From positions 18,042,001 to 18,106,000 of the forward strand of contig NC_092674.1 of NCBI RefSeq assembly GCF_964355755.1: 64,000 bases of DNA, given 5' to 3'. The notes beneath the pieces were generated by a model. It had not been told where the DNA came from and did no database searches. It saw only the letters and a list, made by a program, of their open reading frames with translations. Positions 23,837-35,013 of this stretch are shown in pieces (position 1 is the stretch's first letter; each line of letters opens with the position of its first letter). The stretch is from Antedon mediterranea (Eukaryota > Animalia > Echinodermata). The translations under genes and the position numbers were made by a program.

Positions 23837-24634
23837 TGTAACAGGTTCGTACTACTAGCGTCGTAGCTTTATCGCGTAGTATTTTCAGGAGCTGCAGCAC
23901 TGGCACAAACACAATAAAATCATCCACAGAGACAGTTCTTGGTTTGGAAAAGTTAAACTCTTTTATTGAAGCTAGTAACCAGTCGGAAGGAGATAGAACA
24001 AAAACAGTGTTACTATTTAAGATAACATATCAGTGATCGATCGATCGTATCATTAACGACAGTATAGGCTACTATTGCGTTGTGTCTAGTATAACAATCA
24101 ACAATCAACTATATTAACTATAGTAAAACAATTCTAAAATTAAGAGAGATAAAAATATAGATGCTTACCTAGTAACCAGTCGGAAGGAGATGAAAACCTT
24201 CACTTTGGGCTAGGCACTAGTAAGTGTCATCCATTCCCAGTTGGGTACTATTACAATTTTTAACCGATGGTATATACATTTACCATAACGTTATTTCGTA
24301 GTTTACAGACCGTTTGTATTGTAACTTGAGTCATACACATGTAATTATCAATTTAAATTCGGTTATACAAAAAAAGAAACTATTAAAAATGCAAATCAAT
24401 TAACAAAATCCCTTGTCCATTTATGAACTGACCCATACTGAAACATTATACACTAAATATTCATGACCATTTTCCCCGCCACTTGGATGAGGTGACTCAT
24501 CTATTTATAGCATGGTCACTTATCATTCCAGCTTTTACTTTAATGGGTCCCACAAGGTTTCTCAGATTCAAGTCAGATTCAGCAGATAAATCATTCAAGT
24601 ATTTGGGTATAAGCATACCTGTTACCCTGTTACA
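23837..24634 (-). mobile_element. Solo LTR (798 bp) inserted in the left TIR of MITE A copy 3
   Basis: Termini TGTAACAGG / CCTGTTACA, 4-bp TSD TAAG defined by the empty site in copy 1, AATAAA on the minus strand near 23965; a Ginger-type non-autonomous element is an alternative. Confidence 0.75.
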
Positions 24635-24940
24635 TAAGACCCCCTAAGACCTAAGATCACGAAAGCTAAGACCCAAGACCTAAGATTACAAATTCTAAGA
24701 TATACTACAGCATAAAACAATACTTGTTTATCCATACATAATTTTAAACACAGTAGGTTTCATTTATTACCATAAATATAATTAAATACTACCGCAAAAC
24801 ATAGATAAACTCACATTATTTTCGCCCGTTGAGTAAATGTATATTTTTTTCTTTACAACAAACAAACTTGACGGGTTGTTTGTTGGTATATATTTACTCC
24901 ATTGTGTTGGTTCAGAGGATGTTTTTCTTACGCAACTGCC

Positions 24941-25077
24941 TTTTTTTTTTTTTTTTTTTTCATTTCTTTATTCGAATTCATAAATAACACAACATAAAAA
25001 AAATACAAAGAATGAATTCAGGGTAACACAAAAAAGTAACCAAAGGTCAAACTTATTTCCATTGTGGCCCTTATATG
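24941..25077 (-). mobile_element. 5'-truncated poly(A)-tailed LINE 3' end (L2/CR1-group) in MITE A copy 3
   Basis: T20 tract, minus-strand AATAAA and GGGCCACAATGGAAATAAG..TGTGTTACCC hairpin; absent from copies 1 and 2; short GCC(TTT) duplication. Confidence 0.75.
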
Positions 25078-26092
25078 GCCTTTCTTGTATTTTGACTCCA
25101 AATTTGTTGACTAACTTTATCCTGAATACCACACTTTAAAATTAGGATTTATAAGTACTTTAAGACGGAGAAACACATAAAAACAAATAAATAAATCCTT
25201 TAAATTGATGATTTTACAGACATGTTTCTTTGTATACTGTAACTCCTCGAGCTCCCCCCATGCTCAATGTTTTTGTTTCTATGGAGCGCCAAAAGAGCAA
25301 CAATAATAGTACAAGTATAAAAACAGAAAGGAAACGAAACAAATCATGATTTTTAAATTAAAATTTATTTGCCAGTATTTATTTCTTCGTACTTGCATGA
25401 TTATACTATTATCATTACAATTTTAATTTTACATTGTTCCATCCACACTGTTATGGACTCCACAGAGTTTTCAGCCCTCAATATAATTTTTGCTCTTTTG
25501 ACGTTCGATAGAAACAAAAACATGAACATGGTAGGCCTACTGCTACTGTACTGTAGGCTAGTCATGCGAAATTCGCAAACAGTTTGTGTGCGAGAAAAAC
25601 GTCTGTAAAATCTTCAATTTAAAAATGTAGGCCTATTTGTTACTTTTTATGTGATTCTTTTTCATAAAAGTGCCAATTCTAAGGTGTGGTATTCAGAATA
25701 AATGTTGGGAGTTAAAATACAAGGCAGGTGCGAAAGATAAATATTTGTAATCTTAGGTCTTGGGTCTTAGCTTTAGTGATCTTAGGTCTTAGGGGGTCTT
25801 AGCTTTCGTGGTCTTAGGTTTCGTGACACCCTCATTGCAAATGTTCTATATTTGATCTTAATTCACTCTCCATTTACCTCACTTAAAAATCATCGGAGAC
25901 AAACTATCTGTTTAAAACATTTATTCTGGTACGGTGCGGCCATACACACCAACTACCATAAACGTTTATTCATAACATATTACAATACAATATTATCTTG
26001 CATGAATCGGACATATCGCTACCAATGTAGCAACATTGATTAACAAAATCAAAATTTAACAGTGTGGCGTGTTGACCGCGAATTACTAACAA

Positions 26093-27591
26093 CTAGATGG
26101 TACGCGAGCGAAGCGAGCGTACCATCTAGGTCGTGCCCACAGATAGTTCTGGAATACACAGTAATTTCAGCGTAAAAAAACTGGCGATTTCAAATGTACG
26201 TACCGCAGGACTATAGTAAGTAAGTAAGTAATATTTATTGCTTTCCAAATACAGTACAAATAAATAAAACAGGATAATGTAAATGAAATAAAAAGAGAAA
26301 CATTAAATATAAACAAGACAAGACAAGAAAATAAGCATGGAAAGCAGGGGATGGCCCTTTAAGCCCAGAGGCTTGTTTCCAAAGGGGTCCCCATAATATA
26401 CATTGTCGTTTACAGAAACAAATAAATAGACACGATGATTTATGCAGTCAACTAAAATTAGCACCCTGGGAATTACTTCCGAAGGAGAAACTTATCACAA
26501 AATGAGTCCAAATTTTTGATTTGGACTCATTTAAAGAAACCCAATTTGTGTTTTGTATGGGTTTTTTTATATTAGGGTTGAGGGATGGGAAAGCGGATAG
26601 GTACAAAGAGGAACAATTTTTTAATATGTTCTTTATCCACTCAGTAACGAAATATTTTTTTCGTGTTTTATAGGCCTATAAATAATATACCTCTAAATAC
26701 AGTAAAACATTTGCGATTTAATACTTTGTTAAAACTGTCACTGTCATAATCGATTGAAATATTATGTCACGATACACCACTACGACGTTTATTTTATTGG
26801 TAATTATTAATTAATACAAACGTTGAGAAGGAACTGTCAGTATAAAGTTTATTTGTATATAATAATGTGTTTATATATCTAACAGTAGATCTTATCCACA
26901 ATCTCAGTAATAAAGTTTATCTGTACATATTTTTATATTACATCTAACAGTACGAACATTCACAGTAAGAAATGTTCAATTCAAATGAGGACTAAAAATA
27001 GTTAATAGGTATTTACAGTATTGTCCAAGTATTGCAAGTTTATTCTCAAAGGGCCCATATATTTACCTACCGTATGTGTTAAACCAAGGGCTCATAAATT
27101 TACCTACTTGTGTTAAACCAAACTCTGGCAGACTGAGAGATTGGGATGTTCCATTCATCGCAAATCAATACATTTGTATAATCGTATATTAAATCTATAA
27201 AAATAGTATTTTTTTAAGAAAATCGGCCTGTCTTCAACATTATGATGGTGTACTCTAGCTGTTCAACCGGTTTTCAGCTATTAAAAACAATTATCGTAGG
27301 AGGAGATAGGAAAATGCGAAGCCTCCTCGCATTTTTTGTGGCGGGTATTTTTCAAGACGGACATCCATTAGACAATGTATACCACCATCGGAAAACACAC
27401 CTATTTGGGGCAAATCGTTGAACCTAAATTCGTTTTAATCGTCAATAACTAATTATCTAACTTAATTTAATTAGTAAACAGGGTTACATCAGTACCGAAA
27501 GTACGAACCAACTTTATATACCATCGAGTAAAAATTCTAGAAGTAAGGCGCGATTTACCGAATTTTGCCCTTACGTAAATTCATATATAGA
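26093..27591 (-). mobile_element. Non-autonomous Helitron
   Basis: Minus strand begins A|TCTATATATG and ends with hairpin CTAGATGGTACGC-TCGCTTCGCTC-GCGTACCATCTAG|T; inserted in an AT dinucleotide with no TSD, confirmed by the rejoined module. Confidence 0.8.
26217..26395 (-). mobile_element. Short LINE 3'-end fragment with (TTAC)n tail inside the Helitron
   Basis: GTAAGTAAGTAAGTAA tail, minus-strand AATAAA and GGGGACCCCTTTGGAAACAAGCC..GGGCCATCCC motif like other L2/CR1 3' ends here. Confidence 0.6.
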
Positions 27592-28129
27592 TACCATCTT
27601 TCCCACTACACCTGCACAAACTCATTTGAATAACAACGCACGGCATACCAAACTGTTTACATAACATTTTAGTGATTTTATTTTCTATTTTATATCCCTG
27701 TGCTCCGCTCCCGCCAAATTGGGTCCTATGAGCTCAGTGTATTAGATACGAATGAGATACTGTATTCAAATTTTCAAGAGAAATGTAGCAACATGAAATT
27801 GTTATGCAACAGCAAACACAAGTGATGGAAACACTAACTTTCCAAAACAAAACTTTTACTGGATTTCATCAGTACACATTATTGTAAATGTGTGGAAGAC
27901 TTCATTTAAGTACTCGATGTGGGTATTTTTTGTATATACAATTTTCACTACAAATAGGACAATCTTTGTTCAGTATACTTTGTTCAATTGCACATGCAAG
28001 CAGCCATCTTCGACAAGTGCTCAAAAGTGGGTTGCAAAATAATATTATAAATATACAGTTAACTTAACTATACAATTAACTGAACAAATTTATAAATGTA
28101 TTTAACAGTTCAATAACTGTACTTCCTGA

Positions 28130-28892
28130 CATTTTTTTTAAAATCTTCTATTAAGCAGAATAGAAACATATATATTTTGAACAATCTGACACCAAAATGA
28201 ACTTTCCACTCCAACCCAATAATGAGATATGGCAATTTTCCTGAAAAATCAGGTCAAAGGTCAAAATATGGTATTTCTGGTCATTATTTGAGAAAAAAAC
28301 TTTATTATAGTAAATAGAAATGTTTATGTTCTGAACATTTTGACACCAAAATTAACTCTCTATGACAAGTAGTTTTATGGATATCAAAATATATTAACCG
28401 TAACAAGGTTGGCAATTGCACCGTAAAGGTCAAAGGCAAAACTGAGTACTTCCGGTCATTTTTGGATAAAATGTTTCATTAAACTAAATAGTAACATATA
28501 TATTCTGAACAATTTGATACCAAAATAAACTGTCTGTGACAACTCTTTACTGAGATATGGCAATGCCTTAAAATATGGGTCAAAGGTTAAAACTGTTACT
28601 TCCGGTCATTTTTTTCAAAAATACTTTATTAGAGTCAATAGGAATGTTGATGTTCTAAACATTTTGAGCTAAAAATCAACTCTCTATGACCAGTAGTTTC
28701 AGAGATATAGACTGTTTAAGCGAAAATGTCCGCCATTTTAAATTATGCAAATTAGGTGACCCAAGGTGTCATTTTGCTTGGCGCCAATCAAAAATTGAAT
28801 TTGTATAGGGTGGGCAACCTATATACCAAAGTTGGTGCTTTTGGAAGAAACTGAACCAAACACCCTTATTTCAGCCCTAACAGACTCCACTT
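28130..28892. mobile_element. Single arm of an Academ-like foldback element with internal tandem subrepeats
   Basis: Recurrent TTTGACACCAAAAT..GGTCAAAGGTCAAA..CTTCCGGTCATTTT units similar to the TIRs of 58084-61478; partner arm not found. Confidence 0.55.
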
Positions 28893-28932
28893 ATTTTATA
28901 TATATTTCTGAAATATATAAATCCAAAGGCAA

Positions 28933-30379
28933 ACTAGATTTAATTCGTCACTATGACGAATTATAGGTTATATGCATTGATTTAAATAAAGATAATTGAT
29001 TGATTTAAGATATTTTGATTGATTGATTTTCTCAGAATCTTTAGTTATTTATAATATATGATAGGATCTTGCTAACGCAAATACAATAGCCGGTATCATA
29101 ATCCGATCAAAGATCCTTCTGCGTATATAATGTCATAAACCACATTTTGTGTTTTTAAATAAATTTCATTATAAATCATCTGTATAATCTATACACTAAG
29201 AAATAAAATTGAACAAACAATACGGATAATAAAAAAAAACTTATTTCGTTTCGTTTCCCAAGGTGAGACTCGATCTCGGTACCTTGAATGCCATAGACAC
29301 GAGCACAGACCACCGAGCGGGCCACACAACTGACTAGAAGTTGTAGAAAGATTCTTCCATGTATTTACTATGCAGTAACCACTTTGGTGAAGATAGATTA
29401 TTACATACCGCAATGAATTATAATTTTTTACTATGATGACATCTTTAAAAATTAAAAAACATGATGCACTGTCAAACTATATACTTTTAACTTTAATATA
29501 TGAACTTCTTAAGGAAGAAAGTTAATGTTAAGTTTGTTATTTCGGCCTAAGAAAATGTTATAATTTGTTTGATTGTCAAAATTAATTTTTTTTAATTTAA
29601 TATTCCATTAATGATTACTTATTCAACTTTTTTTCTCCTAATTTCATAATAAATCATACATATGATACATACACTTCAAGAAAATGAAATAAAAAATAGG
29701 TGTTCCCGAGCATTCTAACGATATATATTAATTTTAAAATTTAGCATATTTTCACCATTTTGTTAACTTACACGTGCGTAGCCTGTCACTTTTGACGTGC
29801 TCGTATAACGCTGTTTCGCGTTGAAAAGTGAATAAAATATGATGATATTATTAAAGAAAGGTTATACAACAGTAATCGGACAAAAAAAGTGCGCATTAAC
29901 GTTTGACGCACAGTGCGCGTGCAAAAATCTGCGCACTCATGGTAATTTTTTAAACGCTTAAAATTGCCTGAAACGTACTCTAATTTCATCGAAAATAAAT
30001 TCTGACAATTTTGAAAATTTTAAGCGCGCGTACGCATGCGTTATATGCGCTACGCACGTAATTGTATTGCCATATGATGAAATATGACCTGAAATTTATG
30101 AGTACCAAATTTTGTTTAAAAATGATTCATGCTTGTGAAGATATGATTACAAACGTGATTTCGTTAAATCGCGCGTAGACCACGTAATGTTTGATTGCGC
30201 ACCGTGAAAACATAACCACATCGATTCCTGGCCATAAGGAATATACTCTGAAAAATTGACTTAGCTAGATGAAACTGATAAAGATAATTCACGGACAAAA
30301 TAGTGCTAAGGAAAGAATAAATAAACAAAGATTTTGACAGAATCAAGAGGTTATATGCATGATAATGCATATAACCTAA
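28933..30379 (-). mobile_element. Helentron-type non-autonomous element (HINE/DINE-1-like)
   Basis: One end is the palindrome AGGTTATATGCAT-GATA-ATGCATATAACCT; the other has subTIR AGGTTATATGCAT, hairpin AATTCGTCAC-TA-TGACGAATT and CTAG; T-rich flanks on the minus strand, no TSD. Confidence 0.75.
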
Positions 30380-30419
30380 TTACTGAAAAAAATGACAATG
30401 CTGTGGGTATCAGTGGCTG

Positions 30420-30720
30420 GATCTCAATGGAGATACAAAAATAAAAAGCGAAAAGCTAAATCAAAACGATAAAGTAAACAGCCAGAAAAGTTAGCAGAGC
30501 TTTCGGGCAACACTAGCCCTTCATCAGTGCAAGTGAAGGAATTTGGATAATTAACGTCATAGTATAAAGCTGGCAAGTGCTGCCTGGGTGGACAGGAATA
30601 AAAGAAATATAACAAAGGGAGCCAGGGTGGAGTCTGAATAAGAGTAGAAAACAAAGAAGTGAGCTTGGTAGAGATATAAACAATTTTGGAATGAGACTAA
30701 AAAACAGCTTAAATGGTGGT
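30420..30720 (-). mobile_element. Penelope-like element terminal-repeat (pLTR) fragment
   Basis: Contains the hammerhead core typical of PLE repeats followed by a U-rich tract; boundaries approximate. Confidence 0.55.
30494..30530 (-). ncRNA. Minimal type I hammerhead ribozyme
   Basis: Minus strand GCA-CUGAUGA-A-GGGC-UAGUGUU-GCCC-GAAA-GC-UC-UGC: intact CUGAUGA and GAAA core, 4-bp stem II, stem I GCA/UGC, palindromic AGCU in place of stem III, UC cleavage site. Confidence 0.85.
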
Positions 30721-30819
30721 TAATATTGAAACTTAAATTTTGGTAGTAAATGGAATAATTTTTTTTTTTTTTTTTCTGAAATATATATATATTTATTTAT
30801 AAAATCTGACTTGTAGTTT

Positions 30820-31444
30820 TCGAAATATAGGGTCTGATCTAAAACATCGCCGAAAAAGATCTTTTTTAGCCACGAAAGAAGTAAAACCATTTGCGGCCGG
30901 CCTCAGTCGACAATTCTATTAACTACGCCATTTTTGGTTTAAATAATTACATATGATTACGTTTTTTAGTAATTTATTTTATATATCACCATTGGAAATA
31001 TCAATAAAACATGTTATTAAATGCTTATAAAATACAAAAAGTTGTTTACTTAACGGAAGGAATTCGGACAAATTCATTGCTCTAACTTTGTGTAGTAACG
31101 ATCAGAGAGACAATGTGAGTTCATGGTATTGTACACGCGCGAGAGAAAACATTCCGCTGAAAATCCTTCAACCGTGAGCAATGCCAATAATCACGGGAAA
31201 GCTAAGCTTTGATTGGCTAACGATGACATCATATCACACAATGGTGGTTTTGTAGTTGAGCCTCACGGAATATTATGTTCCAAAAATTAAATACATGGAT
31301 ATTTTTTATGGTATATTTGCTTTTTCTTTAAAAAATTTGATATATATATAAATATATATTATAATAAATATATCTTAGAGAAAAAAGCACATGGCATGTG
31401 GAACTATATAATCTTAGCGTAGGAAGACATACAAATCCCAGGTC
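30820..31444. repeat. Interspersed repeat family B, copy 2
   Basis: Colinear similarity to 3400-4274, same orientation, same right end CAAATCCCAGGTC. Confidence 0.65.
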
Positions 31445-32505
31445 AACTGCAAAAACAAAGTTGAATAGGATAATAATCCGGGAACCCATGAAGATTTGTT
31501 TAGCATTGCGAGTACAAAAGGTCTGAGGCATAGAATATGTCAAGTGGGGTCCTGGGACCATCAAATGGCCGTTCTTAAGTTCCCGCCCCTGTACCAACTC
31601 TAGGGAGGGGCGCTCAAAATACCCCAAAATTTGATTTAATTAGCATAATCGAGTACATAAATGAAACCAATGTTAAAATGTTTATTTTTAGGTTCTAATT
31701 GAAGATCCGTAATTCTTAAGTGTCAACTCCTGTACCTAGTCCACTTAAGAAAGCCACTAATTAGCGCTAATTAGCATTTTAATTAGCATGGTCGAGTACA
31801 TCGATGAAACCTTTGACAATACAATAAGTACATTTACCTAACTGAGAAAACGTAATTCTTAAGTGCCAAATCCTGTACCATGACCCCTTAAGAAAGGGTC
31901 AAAGGTCAATATATGTCCCACCTAGATTTAATTAACATAATGAGTACACATGTAAAACCAATGCAAAAATGTTTATTTTTAGAGTCTAATTGAAGATCCG
32001 TCATTCTTAAGTGTCAACTCCTGTACCTAGTCCACTTAAGAAAGCCATTAATTAGCGCTAATTAACATTTTAATTAGCATAATCGAGTACATCAATATAA
32101 CCTTCGGCAATACAATAAGTACGTTTAGCCAACCCAGATAACGTAATTCTTAAGTGCCAAATCCTGTACCATGACCCCTTAAGAAGGGTCAAAGGTCAAT
32201 GTATGTCCCACCCGGACTCAATTAAAATAATGTGAAACCAATGCTAAAATGTTTATTTTTAGAGTTTAATTGAAGATATATCATTCTTAAGTCTCAACTC
32301 TCCTGTACCTAATCTGCTTAAGAAAGTAATTAATTAGTGGTCATTAAAAGTAGCATGATCAAGTACATCAATGAAACCTTGGAAAGTACAATAAGTAAGT
32401 TTAACCAACTGAGAAAATGTAAAGTGCCAAATCCTGTCTTAAGAAAGGGTCATAGGTCAATGTATGTCCCACCTGAACTTTAATTAGCATAGTGAGTAGT
32501 ACATA

Positions 32506-34367
32506 GGTTCCGGCCGGTTGCCACCTGGCCTTTTGCCAGCCTTTCGCCACCCAGTATTTCGACACCGGCCCATTTCCACCCAGTCCATTTTGCCACTCGG
32601 GCTTTTGCCACCCGGCCTTTTGCCACCCGGCCGTTTGCCACCCTGCCTTTTGCCACCCGGCCTTTTGCCACCCGGCCTTTTGCCACCCGGCCTTTTGCCA
32701 CCCGGCCTTTTGCCTCCTGATCTGAGAGTGTTATTTGCCCTTAGGCCTGCAATTAAATTAAAATAAACGCAAGATTAAAATGTGTAAATCATTTTAATTA
32801 ATAAATTGCTTTTCTATGGTATAGACTCAGATGTTTAAAGTTTTCCGATAATTGTTAAAGTAGACCACCTTGTTTACCACTTAATTTGTATTTTATCCAA
32901 ATAAATGTATACAATTTCGTTACTGATTTCATGAGGACAAAAGCCTATGATATACAGAATCTTCAATTGACTGTCACAAAACAATTCGTAAAAACAACTG
33001 TTTAATTAACATTGATCAGTAGCATATCCACTGCATGAGAATATAGGGCCTAATTATCTCTATATCGTCGTGATATTAGATTTTTTTTAAATCCCACGAT
33101 CTTGTATACCATCATTGGTCATGTCACAGATGGATCTCAGATGGTTTAATGAATTGGCTCCCCCAGTCACAAATAATTGTACTAAATACCTTGGCATTAC
33201 CCTTAATAGTACCCTTTCCTGGCACGACCACATTTTAGCTGTTCACTCTTCTGCCTCCAGGACTTTAGGATTTATCCGTCGTAGGCCTACTGTTGGTACC
33301 AATGACTCTCATTCTCTTCTTCTGCTTTACAAATCCTTATGTCGTCCGATTCTGGAATATGGTGCTCCTGTGTGGTTTCCACATTTGGCTTCTCATCTTA
33401 ATCTTCTTGAAAAACCTCAACGCATTCTTACAAGATACTTTTTTCCAGGTAAACACTTTGAACGTCCTACTTACGCCGAAAGATTAGCTCTCCTTCATCT
33501 TCCTTCTTTGACTTCTCGGATTGATTTCCAAACTTTTATCTTTGTTGTCAAATGTTTATACACTATTATTGATCTCGATGTTTCTTCTTTTGTTTCTCTT
33601 ATTTCTCGTCACAAATTTGATCTTCTATTCAGGCCATCCTTTGCTCGAACTGTCTCTTTTCAATCTTCACTCTTTCCTAGATTCTGTAAACTTTGGAATG
33701 GTCTTCTCTCTGAATTAAGTGAGCTTGCTCTCCTTGGCAGGTTTCGAGAATTCGAGACTAGTCTTCGCCAACACTATTTCTTTTGATTTTACCTGGTCCC
33801 TGCTGTATTTTTTTACATAATGTCTTACATTTTTATTAATTAATTTTGTTCTCGTCATTTATTTTATATTTATATTATATTTTATCTATGTTAAAGGAAA
33901 GTCTTTAAACAGTGATTGGGTTCGCTTGTGACAATCCTGGCTTTTTGTTTCATTATATATTTTTATGTATTCTGTTGTAATTGTAATGAGCCGATATTGA
34001 ATAAATCAAATCAAATAAATCAAATCAAAACCTATTATATATTCTCTCAGACGCTACACGCCTTTGTAGCAAGCACGCCAGTTTGCAGCAGGCCGTGTGG
34101 CAACAGGCTAGTTGGAAACTAAGTGATTGCTACACACTGGGTGGAAAATGGCCGGGTGTCAACAGGCCTGGTGTCAAATGGCCGGTAGTGGCAATTGGCC
34201 GGGTGGCAGGGCCCATGTGTCAAAAGCCCTAAGGTGGCAATATGCCACATGCGGCCGGGTAGCAAAGGACTGGGTGGCTAAAGGCCAAGTAGTAAAAGGC
34301 TGGGCGGCAAAGGGCCGGGTGGCAATGTGCCGGGTGGCAATTTGCCGGGTGGCAAAATGGCTAGACC
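32506..34367. mobile_element. Mutator-like foldback element with 15-bp minisatellite arms (CCCGGCCTTTTGCCA)n
   Basis: Array at 32506-32715 inverted relative to 34090-34367; host tandem unit resumes at 34368; degenerate GTGAG..ACA duplication at the flanks. Confidence 0.75.
33170..34030 (+). mobile_element. 5'-truncated CR1-group LINE (RT C-terminus, 3' UTR, (AATCA)n tail)
   Basis: ORF 33115-33786: KYLGITLNSTLSWHDHI..LYKSLCRPILEYGAPVW..SLFPRFCKLWNGL; tail AATAAATCAAATCAAATAAATCAAATCAAA. Confidence 0.88.
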
Positions 34368-35013
34368 GTGAGAACACAATGTGAAACCAATTCTAAAATG
34401 TTTATATTTAGAGACAACTGAAGATCCATCACCTGTATGCCTACCCATTCCGCTTATTAAGAAAACCACTAATAGTAATAATAGTAATAATAATTATAAC
34501 AATAATAATAATAATGTAAAATATTAATAGACGAAGACGGAATCCCAAAAAGATGAAGATCGTGTGGCAGGATTGAATGAATGAATTAAATTTTTACTAC
34601 AATTCATAATTTGAAACTATTTGGACATAATTATCATATTGTCATTTCTTTTGCCAGAATTGATACGTACTGGAATTTAATAATTTTTTTATATTTTATG
34701 TTTACTTAAATTTTAACAGAATACTACTAATTTTAATAAACGTTTTCAAAATGCAAAGGTCTCTATCTACGTCTTTTAAAAGCATAACTTAGAATCTTTA
34801 TCTTTATGCTAAATAAGTCTATAAGTATATATAAGTTTATAGCATATAATAGTCATGCTAATTAATATGCTAATTACCAGCTTTCTGAAATTAGTTGACA
34901 GAAGTTGCCATTTAAGGAAGATACTAAAAATAAATATTTTATAATTTTCTTCAGTATGCATAATCAAGTTTTTTTTTTACAGAAACGAACCTTTGACCCT
35001 TTCTTAAGGGGTC

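Larger units (their letters stand above)
23803..25831. mobile_element. MITE A copy 3
   Basis: Same TIRs; perfect 10-bp TSD TCATTGCAAA (23793-23802, 25832-25841); interior nearly identical to copy 1 (79-aa spurious ORFs differ at one residue). Confidence 0.9.
26058..27657. repeat. ~101-bp MITE-like module, copy 2 (26058-26092 + 27592-27657), split by a Helitron
   Basis: Homologous to the 21169-23262 halves. Confidence 0.7.

Noticed and set aside
32480-32766. Repetitive ORFs (AKGRV)n and (PPGLL)n
   Set aside because: Translations of a 15-bp minisatellite in transposon arms
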